Positions 19,415-28,575 of a DNA stretch of 53,844 bases are shown in pieces (the first letter of the stretch is position 1; every line of letters starts with the position of its first letter). This DNA is from Candidatus Theseobacter exili. Its GTDB lineage: Bacteria > Auribacterota > JACPWU01 > Theseobacterales > Theseobacteraceae. The DNA is taken from contig JAVCCS010000076.1 in NCBI GenBank assembly GCA_030765365.1, forward strand, positions 1 through 53,844, written 5' to 3'. A model generated the notes under the pieces. The model ran no database searches. It was not told the DNA's origin and was given only the letters and a program-made list of their open reading frames with translations. The position numbers were made by a program, and so were the translations under genes.

Positions 19415-20026
19415 CTATAATTTACCAAAGTTATCCAGAAGCTTAAGTCCCTGCTTCTGGCTCTTTTCAGGATGGAACTGAAGAGCAAAAATATTATCTT
19501 TCCAAATCATGGCTGTAAATAAATCTCCGTATTCAGATTCAAGAGCAACACAAGACTTATCAGAAGGATGAACAAAATAAGAATGAACAAAATAGAAAAA
19601 GGTTCCTTCTTCAATCCCTTTTAGGATTGGACAGGTCCGCCCTTTTTCAGTAAAAACTACCTGGTTCCATCCCATATGAGGGATTTTTAATCCTTCGGGA
19701 AAACGTTCAACTTTTCCCAGTATAACATCTAAACCCTTGTAAATTTGACTTTCATCGCTCTCAGAAAAAAGCGACTGAAGCCCAAGACAAATACCTAGAA
19801 AAGGTTTTCCCAGATTTATAACTTCATTGATTGTATTAATGAGTCCAAGGTTTTCCAGGTTCTTCATACAATCACCAAACGCACCAACCCCGGGAAACAC
19901 AACTTTATCTGACGAGACAATTTCGTCCGGATTAGATGTTACAACAGTTTCATACCCCAAATGTTCAAGCGCCTTCTGAACACTTCTGAGATTTCCCATT
20001 CCATAATCTATAATTGCGATTGACAT
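19415..20026 (-). CDS. hisH: Imidazole glycerol phosphate synthase glutaminase subunit
   Basis: 203 aa. IIDYGMGNLRSV, GICLGLQ (catalytic Cys) and QFHPEKS motifs. Confidence 0.93.
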   Translation of the reverse strand: MSIAIIDYGMGNLRSVQKALEHLGYETVVTSNPDEIVSSDKVVFPGVGAFGDCMKNLENLGLINTINEVINLGKPFLGICLGLQSLFSESDESQIYKGLDVILGKVERFPEGLKIPHMGWNQVVFTEKGRTCPILKGIEEGTFFYFVHSYFVHPSDKSCVALESEYGDLFTAMIWKDNIFALQFHPEKSQKQGLKLLDNFGKL

Positions 20027-20042
20027 TATATTCCTGTTTTCT

Positions 20043-20633
20043 CTACAAAATTCCCTTTGATGAAGGGATACCCTTTCTTCGTGGTTCTATTGATGTTGCA
20101 ATATCCATCGCTCTTCCAAAAGCTTTAAAAACAGATTCATACACATGATGTGCATTTACTCCGTATGGAGATTCAATATGAATCGTGATTTCAGCTTTAA
20201 CAGCAAAAGCCCTGAAAAATTCCTCAATCATTTGAAGATCAAATGAGCCGGATTTTCTTTTTCGGCACTTGATTCTGTATTCCAGGCAGGGTCTTCCGCT
20301 TATATCAACTGTAACCTGACCAAGAGATTCATCCATTGGAACAACACTAAATCCATATCGTGCTATGCCTGAACAGTCCCCAAGCGCTTTTTTGAAAGCT
20401 CCACCCAGAACAATACCTATATCTTCAACTGTATGATGCTCATCAACATGCAAATCTCCTTTTGCGGAAATTTTCAGATTGAAAAAACCATGTTTTGAAA
20501 AAAGCTCAAGCATATGATCCAAAAAACCAACTCCGGTGTTAATTGAATACTCACCTGCTCCATCCAAACACAAGTCAACATCAATATTTGTTTCTTTAGT
20601 TTCCCTTTTCACTTGTGCTTTTCGTGTAGTCAT
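20043..20633 (-). CDS. hisB: Imidazoleglycerol-phosphate dehydratase (monofunctional)
   Basis: 196 aa. RETKETNI, GFLDHML, DLHVDEHHTVEDIGI and NAHHVYES motifs. Confidence 0.93.
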   Translation of the reverse strand: MTTRKAQVKRETKETNIDVDLCLDGAGEYSINTGVGFLDHMLELFSKHGFFNLKISAKGDLHVDEHHTVEDIGIVLGGAFKKALGDCSGIARYGFSVVPMDESLGQVTVDISGRPCLEYRIKCRKRKSGSFDLQMIEEFFRAFAVKAEITIHIESPYGVNAHHVYESVFKAFGRAMDIATSIEPRRKGIPSSKGIL

Positions 20634-21694
20634 TTTCTATCTCCGTGTAAAATTTTATCCAAAACATCAAGAAATGCTACTACTTCCTGATGCTTTCCAA
20701 CTGTTATCCTCAAACACTCACCTAAATAATCAAGATGAAAATAGCGAACGAGAAATCCTGCTTCTCTTAGCTTGGAAAATATACTTTTTGCTTTCCCATT
20801 CTCTGCAAAACGAGTCATAACAAAATTTGCCTGAGATGGGAAAGATTCTATCCCCATTCTTGACAGCCCTACCTTTAAAAAGGCCCTGTCTCTTTTCACA
20901 ATCTGAACATTTTTCTGCATGTGATCGACATCATCCAAAGCAGCAATTGCAGCTGCACCAGTCAAAGCGTTTACATTATAGGAGTCCTTGACCTTCGTCA
21001 TTTGAGTAATAACTTCAGGTCTCCCAATAGCTAGACCTAAGCGTATTCCCGCAAGAGAATAGGATTTTGAAAGAGTTCTTGATAAAACGATATTATCGCA
21101 CCGTCTGTATAGCTCTAAGCAATTATCATCAGCAAAGTCAGCGTAAGCCTCATCAATCAACAATACCCCTTTAATTGACCGGGCAAGGCGTTCAACTTCA
21201 TCTAAAGCAAAAGATGCTCCGGTTGGAGCATTAGGTCTTGCTAAAAAAACAAGTTTTGCCTTGCTTGAAAACATTTCCTCTGGGATACAAACACCTTCAG
21301 TTAACGGATACTTTTCAATCCTGCCTTCCTGAATTTCGGCTAATGTTTTGTACAGACTATACGTTGGCTCAGTCAAGGCAACAGAATCCGATTTGCCAAC
21401 AACTGTCCTTATTAAAATAGACAAAATATCATCAGAACCATTCCCTACCAGGATCTCCCCCGAATCAACCCCATATATAGTAGCAGCTTTTTCTTTGACC
21501 TTTGTCATTGCCGAATCAGGATAAAGCCTCATTGATTCGTTAAGACGAGCTTTAACCGCATCAAAAACCTTTGGTGAAGGAGGATACGGATTTTCATTGG
21601 TATTCAATTTAATAAACTTCTTGCCTATAGGTTGTTCTCCGGGAACATAACCTTCCATATTCTCAATTGCTGAACGAAAATAATTAATACTCAT
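20630..21694 (-). CDS. hisC: Histidinol-phosphate aminotransferase
   Basis: Class-II aminotransferase with NENPYPPSP, GNGSDD and the SRTLSKSYSLAGIRLG PLP-lysine motif. Start moved to ATG 21694 (MSINYF), preceded by a GGTGGAG RBS. 4-nt overlap with hisB. Confidence 0.9.
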   Translation of the reverse strand: MSINYFRSAIENMEGYVPGEQPIGKKFIKLNTNENPYPPSPKVFDAVKARLNESMRLYPDSAMTKVKEKAATIYGVDSGEILVGNGSDDILSILIRTVVGKSDSVALTEPTYSLYKTLAEIQEGRIEKYPLTEGVCIPEEMFSSKAKLVFLARPNAPTGASFALDEVERLARSIKGVLLIDEAYADFADDNCLELYRRCDNIVLSRTLSKSYSLAGIRLGLAIGRPEVITQMTKVKDSYNVNALTGAAAIAALDDVDHMQKNVQIVKRDRAFLKVGLSRMGIESFPSQANFVMTRFAENGKAKSIFSKLREAGFLVRYFHLDYLGECLRITVGKHQEVVAFLDVLDKILHGDRK

Positions 21695-21802
21695 TTCTCC
21701 ACCTATCCAGTATCTAGAAATTGTTTCAAGTATTATTACATATATATACAAAAATTTTATGAATTTTTTGTTTCATAGAAGAAAAAACAAGGAAATGCTG
21801 TA

Positions 21803-22630
21803 CTAATAGTCTTTTCTTGAAAAAAGAAGCATTGAAAACCCAAGAAAAACAACTCCAAAAATTACTGATGTCCAAAGCACAGACCAGTCAGGTACACTGT
21901 CCCCTTTAACCAGAATTCCAGTCATTGCGAACAATTCGAATAATTTAGGAAAAAAATGGTAGAGTGCTGTTGCAGCCTTTTTCCAGAAAGGGCTTAAAAG
22001 ACGAAAAACATTAGGCACCTTTACAAGAGTAACCAGAATAAAACTCATAAAATTCAAAAAAACATATGCTATAAGAATTGACAGCACCGTGCTTTTAGTA
22101 AATATTCCCAAAAAAGTCATTACAGCCATAATTATTGCGTAAGTGACAAGTATAGTCCCACCGGAAGCAAGAAAGCCGAAATTCCAAATACCGGTTTTTG
22201 CTGATAAAATAAGCCAGACACCACCTACCAGGTAAAAAACATTAATACCAACTATGATTACTGCACCAAAATACTTTCCCAGGATAATAACTGGACGCGA
22301 AACTGGCTTGGAAAGGACTAAATCAATATAACCAGGCATCTGAAAACCGGGGATAATACTTGCAGTAGCTAAAGTTGACACTAATATCCCGAAAACAAAT
22401 AATACCGCTGCAACAACAGCCTGTGAAGTACGCACTAACTGTACAAGATCTACCGAAGCATCATTGTAAGCAATTAGCTTTATTGTACCTATACCCTTAT
22501 CAATAATATCCACATTAAGCACAAATAAAAAAAGGATAAGAATCAGTGTTGAAAAACCAAAGAAAAGAATAAACATCTTTCTTTTCATCGATTCGTGAAT
22601 TGTATTTAAAATCAACCCAAACAATGCCAT
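21803..22630 (-). CDS. ABC-2-type transporter permease
   Basis: 275 aa, about 6 TM segments. Directly downstream (3 nt) of an ABC ATPase. Substrate is not inferable. Confidence 0.7.
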   Translation of the reverse strand: MALFGLILNTIHESMKRKMFILFFGFSTLILILFLFVLNVDIIDKGIGTIKLIAYNDASVDLVQLVRTSQAVVAAVLFVFGILVSTLATASIIPGFQMPGYIDLVLSKPVSRPVIILGKYFGAVIIVGINVFYLVGGVWLILSAKTGIWNFGFLASGGTILVTYAIIMAVMTFLGIFTKSTVLSILIAYVFLNFMSFILVTLVKVPNVFRLLSPFWKKAATALYHFFPKLFELFAMTGILVKGDSVPDWSVLWTSVIFGVVFLGFSMLLFSRKDY

Positions 22631-22633
22631 TTC

Positions 22634-23557
22634 TTAATTACCCTTCAGTGTTTCAATAAACATATCTTCAAGAGAGCTTTTCTCTGGTATAACTGCATCT
22701 ATTCCAATCTTCATTTTTCTTAATTCATCTATTATCTTGTCCAGTTCATCAATTTTTCCTATATGTATTCTGAAACACCGGTTATCGCTATCAAGTGTTT
22801 CAGCTTTACTGCCCAGAACTTCCTTATAATTATTCAAAGGATCCCTTAATTCAATTCTGTATTCCTGAGTATGTCTTGTCAGGTCCCTGACTGATCCCAC
22901 CTTAAGCAGTTTTCCCTTGTTAAGAATAGCTACTCTGTCACAGATCATTTCCACTTCCGAAAGAAGATGCGAATTAAGGAACATAGTTTTACCCTGAGAT
23001 TTAAGGTTCAGGAGTATATCTCTTATTTCTTTTCTGCCGACAGGATCAACTCCGCCGGTAGGCTCATCCAAAACAATAAGATCAGGATCAGAAAGCAATG
23101 CCTGTGCAACGCCCAACCGCTGAAGCATCCCTTTTGAAAATTTTCCTACTTCCATATCCAATACATCTGCAAGACCAACATCTTTAAGAAGTTTTCCTAT
23201 CCGTTGAGTTCTCAAACTCTTTTCAATACCTGAAAGCCTCCCCATAAAATGCAAAAGACTTTTAGCCGTCATAAAAGATGGATATCTATGGTTTTCTGAA
23301 AGATACCCAACGCGTATTCTGGATGCAGAGCTTGAAACCGGAACGTCAAAAAGCGAAGCTTCACCTTTGCCTGCTTTAACAATACCAAGAAGAATTTTAA
23401 CAAAGGTTGTTTTACCAGCACCGTTAGGGCCCAAAAGCCCAAAAATCTCACCTTTATTGACGTTTAAAGAAACACTTTTAAGCGCCTGAACTTTTTTACG
23501 GGAAAATATGCCGCAAAGATAGGTTTTAGAAATTGATTTTGCTTCAATTATCTTCAT
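22634..23557 (-). CDS. ABC transporter ATP-binding protein
   Basis: Walker A GPNGAGKTT, signature FSKGMLQRL, Walker B LIVLDEPTGGVD and H-loop SHLL. Overlaps the hisD 3' end by 14 nt. Confidence 0.9.
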   Translation of the reverse strand: MKIIEAKSISKTYLCGIFSRKKVQALKSVSLNVNKGEIFGLLGPNGAGKTTFVKILLGIVKAGKGEASLFDVPVSSSASRIRVGYLSENHRYPSFMTAKSLLHFMGRLSGIEKSLRTQRIGKLLKDVGLADVLDMEVGKFSKGMLQRLGVAQALLSDPDLIVLDEPTGGVDPVGRKEIRDILLNLKSQGKTMFLNSHLLSEVEMICDRVAILNKGKLLKVGSVRDLTRHTQEYRIELRDPLNNYKEVLGSKAETLDSDNRCFRIHIGKIDELDKIIDELRKMKIGIDAVIPEKSSLEDMFIETLKGN

Positions 23558-24848
23558 TCTTTTTCCGCCTGATGCTCACTGAACGCGCATGTGCATCAAG
23601 GCCTTCTGTATTGGCTATTTCAAGAATAGTTTTTTCCCAGAAAGAAAGACCCTCTGCTGAACAGTTTATTACGTTAATCCTCTTAACAAAATTCTCTACT
23701 GACAAAGCTGAAAAAAACCTGCTTGTTCCGTTTGTAGGCAATACGTGACTTGCTCCTGCAATATAATCCCCCACAGCTTCGGGTGTATACTGACCAACAA
23801 AAATTGCCCCTGCATTCTGTATTCTGTCTATAAAACTGTCAGGATTTGATACAACGAGTTCAAGATGCTCAGGTCCAATTTTGTTTGCAACTACCACAGC
23901 CTCAGCAAGGTCTTTTACCTGAAATATTGCGGACCTGTTGTCAATAGACTCAACAGCAGTTTCTTCTCTGGTCAAAGCCGAAAGCTGCGTATCTATCTGC
24001 TTTTGCACACTAACTGCCAACTCCTCACTTGGAGTTAAAAGAAAAGTCCTGGCCCTTGAATCATGTTCAGCCTGACTAAGCATATCAGCCGCAATATAAT
24101 CCGCTCGTGCTGTATCATCAGCAATAATTAAAATTTCGCTTGGCCCTGCAACCATATCAATTCCGACAATTCCAAAAACCTGTCTTTTGGCAGCAGTTAC
24201 GTATGCATTTCCAGGCCCTGCTATTACGTCAACTTTCCGAATGGTTTCTGTCCCGTAAGCCAATGCACCAATAGCCTGAGCTCCACCAGTCCTGAAAACA
24301 CGGTTAACACCGGATATTTTGCATGCAGCAAGAATTTTAGGGTGGATATCACCGTTTTCAGTTGGAGGAGACACAACAATAATATCTTTAACACCTGCAA
24401 CCTTTGCCGGGATAGCACTCATAAGGACAGTTGAAACAAGAGGAGCCGTTCCGCCAGGGACATACAGGCCCACGCGGCTAACAGGTCTCTCAATTTGAGA
24501 AACCTTGATATCGCCATCCTGTATACATTCCCAGCTTGATTCAATCCTCTTTCGCTGAAACTTTTCAATATTTGAAGCTATAGCTTTTAAATGGTCCTTA
24601 AATTCACCCGAAATAGAATTGTATGCCTTATCTATTTCATCAGCCGTTACCTCTAAAGAATCTTTATCCAATGCAACACCATCAAACTTCTCAGTAAACG
24701 CAATTACTGCTGCGTCACCATTCTTGCGGACTTCTGCAAGAATTTCTGCCGCTGAATTTTCAATAGAAGGATCAGGCACCCACGCCTGCTCTGCGGTTAA
24801 AACTTCTTCGTTAAAATCTTTATCAGTATATTTAAATATCTTTATCAT
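23544..24848 (-). CDS. hisD: Histidinol dehydrogenase
   Basis: 434 aa. [28 protein letters not shown] and EHLEL motifs. GAGGAG RBS upstream. Confidence 0.95.
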   Translation of the reverse strand: MIKIFKYTDKDFNEEVLTAEQAWVPDPSIENSAAEILAEVRKNGDAAVIAFTEKFDGVALDKDSLEVTADEIDKAYNSISGEFKDHLKAIASNIEKFQRKRIESSWECIQDGDIKVSQIERPVSRVGLYVPGGTAPLVSTVLMSAIPAKVAGVKDIIVVSPPTENGDIHPKILAACKISGVNRVFRTGGAQAIGALAYGTETIRKVDVIAGPGNAYVTAAKRQVFGIVGIDMVAGPSEILIIADDTARADYIAADMLSQAEHDSRARTFLLTPSEELAVSVQKQIDTQLSALTREETAVESIDNRSAIFQVKDLAEAVVVANKIGPEHLELVVSNPDSFIDRIQNAGAIFVGQYTPEAVGDYIAGASHVLPTNGTSRFFSALSVENFVKRINVINCSAEGLSFWEKTILEIANTEGLDAHARSVSIRRKKNEDN

Positions 24849-24933
24849 TTTCTATCTCCTCAAAATCCATTTATATAAAATATCATTCTCAGGCAATGTA
24901 GACAATAGTATTCATTGGTTAAGGAGCATAAAG

Positions 24934-25012
24934 AGAATATCGAATGTCGAACACCGATTAAAGAATGTCGAAGTAAAAGCAAAAGAAACCACCTCGCAAC
25001 TAAACGCCGCAG
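24934..25012 (-). repeat. Dispersed intergenic repeat, copy C (inverted relative to copies A and B; shares their 3' half)
   Basis: GAATGTCGAACACCGATTAAAGAATGTCGAAGTAAAAGCAAAAGAAAC..CGCAACTAAACGCCGCAG aligns by eye with the reverse complement of 29201-29275 and 26303-26350. Confidence 0.75.
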
Positions 25013-25222
25013 TATAATCCAGTAATGAAAATTGAACTAAAACATAATTCGCACAAAGACACATAACCACGAAGATTTTTATAATATATAATAGTAACCA
25101 TTCCTTATGAAGATGTTATAATAATTTAGATATTAATATGAATTGCGAAAACATTTTATTTTAAATAATAAATTACCCCCATATTGCAGAATTCTATATA
25201 ATAAGATGTTGGGAGATTAGAT

Positions 25223-25588
25223 ATGTCACATGAACTTCGCTATGATTCTGATATCGACTGCATTTTCTTGTGCTTCCAAGGCAGGGTGACTATAGAACTG
25301 ATTACTGAGATTGCTCCAGAAGTAGCCCGTATGTCTGCGAAAACAGGATGCCATCGACTGCTCAATAACATGAGTGCGGCTACTGTCGATATATCAATTT
25401 CAGATTTGTATTATAGCCCCGAAGTTATGGACAAATCTGGAGTATTGCGCACACTCAAGAAAGCCCTTGTGGTTCCTCCCTCTTTTGACGAGTCGGGATT
25501 TCTTGAAGATGTTACGCGCAACAGAGGTCACAATCTCATGGTTTTTAAGGATATCGAGAACGCCAAGAAATGGCTTTTTGATAAGTAA
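25223..25588 (+). CDS. Hypothetical 121-aa protein (possibly STAS/SpoIIAA-like fold; not established)
   Basis: Clean ORF with GGGAG RBS. No diagnostic motif. Bracketed by a 12-bp perfect inverted repeat. Confidence 0.55.
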   Translation: MSHELRYDSDIDCIFLCFQGRVTIELITEIAPEVARMSAKTGCHRLLNNMSAATVDISISDLYYSPEVMDKSGVLRTLKKALVVPPSFDESGFLEDVTRNRGHNLMVFKDIENAKKWLFDK

Positions 25589-25724
25589 GAAATCTCCCAA
25601 CAAGGAAATCGACTTTATGTCGCATACACGCCAAAAGTCATTTCAAACATTAGATTGAAATAATAATTAAACAATATTAGACCCTTACGGTCTATTTACA
25701 ACAATCAAAAAGGAGAAACTATCT

Positions 25725-26138
25725 ATGGAACACTCAAGCGAATTGAAGGAGCTTTATCTTGGAATTTGCGAAGCCCTGTCAAGTGGGGACTATTCATTTT
25801 TCGAAGACTACTTTTCGCAGGAGTCTGGCGTACTTGCGATTGGCACTGACCCGACGGAATGGTGGTCCGGTTACGCCACAATTACCAAGGTATTCACGAC
25901 CCAGCTAAAAAAAATGGATGGATTTAAAATCCTGGCAGATACCCCTCAAGCTTATCGTGACGGTTCAATCGGTTGGGTAGCGGGACACCCCATACTCAAA
26001 CTCCCAGATGGCAAGGAAATGCCGGTCCGATTGACTGCAGTCTTCCAAAAGGAGCAGAATGACTGGAAGATTGTTCAGTGGCACTTTTCGATTGGAATCC
26101 CCAATGAGGATTCAATTGGCGAAATGCCAACGGCATAA
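25725..26138 (+). CDS. SnoaL-like / NTF2-fold family protein
   Basis: 137 aa. Length and pattern (DYFSQESGVLAIGTDPTEWWSG...GWVAG...VRLTAVFQKEQNDWKIVQWHFS) are typical of SnoaL_3/DUF4440-type cone-shaped alpha+beta proteins. AAAGGAG RBS upstream. Confidence 0.6.
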   Translation: MEHSSELKELYLGICEALSSGDYSFFEDYFSQESGVLAIGTDPTEWWSGYATITKVFTTQLKKMDGFKILADTPQAYRDGSIGWVAGHPILKLPDGKEMPVRLTAVFQKEQNDWKIVQWHFSIGIPNEDSIGEMPTA

Positions 26139-26190
26139 GGAAGAATCGGAGTCATGCCTTGAATAGTGAATAAAGGATGAAACCCAGAAC

Positions 26191-26374
26191 AGCCCAACTA
26201 ACTAATTAATTTTAGTTTAGGAGGATTCATTATTCTTTTTTTTAAATCTTTACGGAAAACATCTTTTATAGTAATTTTTATCTCTCGTTTTTGCTGCGGC
26301 ATCTAGTTGCGGATTAGTTTCTTTTGCTTTTAATTCGATATCCTTAAATCTTCAATCCTTGTTCAATACTCATT
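26191..26374 (+). repeat. Dispersed intergenic repeat, copy A (long form, about 185 bp)
   Basis: Aligns with 29099-29280 at roughly 85-90 percent identity by eye. It starts with CCAACTAACTAATTAATTTTAG, which has stops in all six frames, followed by AGGAGGATTCATTATTC. Confidence 0.85.
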
Positions 26375-26394
26375 TATTGTGATAATATCCCCTC

Positions 26395-26529
26395 TCACGT
26401 CCTCGTCTTCCAGTCTCTTACGCAAAGTGCTTCTAAAACTATTCTTATTTTTTCTTCTGCACTGAATTTGCGTCTGGTTTTCCTGCGAATTTCTCTTACA
26501 ACAGATTCCGTGTTCCTTCTTTTTCCCAT
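26395..26529 (-). mobile_element. Truncated IS3-family transposase OrfA (N-terminal 44 codons only)
   Basis: Manual translation gives MGKRRNTESVVREIRRKTRRKFSAEEKIRIVLEALCVRDWKTRT*. The RKFSAEEKIRIVLE segment matches the HTH start of COG2963/IS3-IS911-type OrfA proteins. The ORF then degenerates and stops where repeat copy A begins. Confidence 0.6.
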
Positions 26530-26652
26530 TTTAAAACTCCTTTTACTTTTCAAAAGTACACCTTAATTATATTATAAAATCTGTCCGATTAATTCTGAAG
26601 TCAAACAAACTTGACTGTTTAATTAAATAAACTATAAAAAAAGGAGAGGTAA

Positions 26653-27618
26653 ATGAAAACAAATGAGATTACATTGCAGGAACTGAATACGAACCAGTTC
26701 ATCGAAAAGAAAGTAAAAGAGATATCGTCTCTTGTAGGAAATGGCATAGCCATCAACGCTCTTTCCGGAGGTGTAGATTCTGCGGCAGTCACTATGCTTG
26801 GTCACAAAGCGCTTGGGAAAAGGCTTAAAACATATTTCATAGAAAATGGCCTTATGCGAAAAGACGAGCCTCAACAGATCGTTAAGCTTTTCAAGAAACA
26901 TGGCGTTGAAGTCATCATTATCGATGCGAAAGAAAAATTTTTCAGCGCGCTTAAAGGCATCACTGACCCTGAACAAAAAAGAGAAGCCATAACGCAGACG
27001 TTCTATAAAAATGTTTTCGGTGAGCTTGTAAAAGAAAGCGGTTCAAAATATCTTCTTCAGGGAACAATACTGACCGATGTTGATGAAACTGTAGCAGGCA
27101 TCAAGCGCCAACACAATGTTTTTGAGCAGCTGGGCATCGATCCTCAGGAAATGTTCGGCTACAAAATCATCGAACCCCTTGTACAGATCAGAAAAGATGG
27201 GGTCAGAAAAGTAGCCAAAGCACTGGATTTGCCTCCATCCATCTACAACCGCATGCCTTTCCCGGGACCTGCGCTTTCCGCAAGAGTCATTGGTGAAGCC
27301 ACGCCTGAAAAGATCGAGCTTGTTCGGCAGGCAACAGTTATAACGGAAGAGATTCTTGCTGATGTAGCTGCTTTCCAATACATGGCCATTCTGCACAATG
27401 ACAGGGTAACCGGTATGCGCAACGGCAAAAGAGATTTCGGGTTGCAGATAGAGATACGTTGCTGGAACAGCATTGATGCAAGGACGGCCACACCCACAAA
27501 TCTTTCCTACGAGACCCTTATGGAACTCTCAAGATTGATACTGGAAAATGTGCCGGGAGTGGTGAGTGTAACGTATAATATTGCAACGAAACCACCATCA
27601 ACAATGGAAGCAATTTAA
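26653..27618 (+). CDS. GMP-synthase-like PP-loop ATP pyrophosphatase (subunit-B type, no glutaminase domain)
   Basis: 321 aa. PP-loop SGGVDSAA, GTILTDVDE...IKRQHNV, IEPL..IRKDGVRKVAKALDLP, MPFPGPALSARV and C-terminal NIATKPPSTMEAI. It is collinear with the GuaA C-terminal half, but several signature residues differ. Confidence 0.75.
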   Translation: MKTNEITLQELNTNQFIEKKVKEISSLVGNGIAINALSGGVDSAAVTMLGHKALGKRLKTYFIENGLMRKDEPQQIVKLFKKHGVEVIIIDAKEKFFSALKGITDPEQKREAITQTFYKNVFGELVKESGSKYLLQGTILTDVDETVAGIKRQHNVFEQLGIDPQEMFGYKIIEPLVQIRKDGVRKVAKALDLPPSIYNRMPFPGPALSARVIGEATPEKIELVRQATVITEEILADVAAFQYMAILHNDRVTGMRNGKRDFGLQIEIRCWNSIDARTATPTNLSYETLMELSRLILENVPGVVSVTYNIATKPPSTMEAI

Positions 27619-27674
27619 ACGGGTATAATACCGCATCTACTACTAAAAATACTTGAAACTAAAAGGGAGGTTAC

Positions 27675-28439
27675 ATGAACCAGATAAAGATAATGCCGTG
27701 TTTGGATATGAAAGAGGGCAGAATAGTAAAAGGGATACATTTTGTCGACCTGAAAGATGCGGGCGATCCTGTTGAGAATGCAGCTTTTTACCAGAAGGAA
27801 GGCGCTGATGAGCTGGCTATGCTGGACATTGCGGCAACGCTTGAAAACAGAAAGACAAGGCTTAAATGGGTCAAAGATGTTTCCGTAGTTATCGACATAC
27901 CTTTAACGGTGGGTGGCGGCATCTCCAGCCTGGAAGATATTGGAATGGTCCTCGATGCGGGTGCTTCAAAAGTTTCTATGAACAGCGCTGCGGTCAAAGA
28001 CCCGGAACTTATTAAGCAGGCAGCAGAAAAGTTCGGTTCCGAAAAGATAGTTGTGGCCATCGATGCCAGAAGAAACACTGAAGTCCCTTCAGGATTTGAG
28101 CTGGTCGTTTCCGGCGGCACAAAACCGGTAAACAAAGATGCCGTTGCCTGGGCAAAAGAGTGTCAGAATCTTGGAGCAGGCACTATCCTCCCGACAAGCA
28201 TGGACGGTGACGGTACACAAACAGGCTATGACCTGGAATTTACCAAAGCTATTTCAGATACAGTGAACCTTCCTGTCATTGCTTCCGGCGGAGCAGGAAC
28301 ACTTGAACATTTTTATGAAGGTGTTATAAAAGGCGGAGCAAATATTCTTCTTGCGGCTTCTGTTTTTCACTATCGCACGCTGAGTATTGGGGAGGTAAAA
28401 ACATACTTAAAAAACAAAGGTCTTGAAATAAACGAATAA
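27675..28439 (+). CDS. Second HisF-type (beta/alpha)8 cyclase paralog
   Basis: 254 aa, roughly half identical by eye to the operon HisF. Motifs MPCLDM, LTVGGGIS, AIDARR, PTSMDGDGT and ASGGAG. Not adjacent to any hisH. Confidence 0.85.
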   Translation: MNQIKIMPCLDMKEGRIVKGIHFVDLKDAGDPVENAAFYQKEGADELAMLDIAATLENRKTRLKWVKDVSVVIDIPLTVGGGISSLEDIGMVLDAGASKVSMNSAAVKDPELIKQAAEKFGSEKIVVAIDARRNTEVPSGFELVVSGGTKPVNKDAVAWAKECQNLGAGTILPTSMDGDGTQTGYDLEFTKAISDTVNLPVIASGGAGTLEHFYEGVIKGGANILLAASVFHYRTLSIGEVKTYLKNKGLEINE

Positions 28440-28575
28440 ACACTATTATGACCAAATATTAACCTTTAACATAAAAATATATATTGTGGAAACGCTACGC
28501 ATATAAAATAGTTAAGTGATTTTTTAGTGCTGCTCTTTAGTCGATTTTATAAGTAATAACAATTGGAGTTAATTT

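Noticed and set aside
21695-21751. Extended hisC start (MYIYVIILETISRYWIGGE)
   Set aside because: The internal ATG at 21694 has a GGTGGAG RBS, and HisC homology begins there. The extension looks like translated leader sequence.
26611-26638. TTGACT-N16-TATAAA sigma70-like promoter upstream of the GuaA-like gene
   Set aside because: The predicted transcription start would fall inside or after the AAGGAGAGG RBS (26641-26649), leaving no usable leader. It could still act as a leaderless-type promoter, but this is not supportable from sequence alone.
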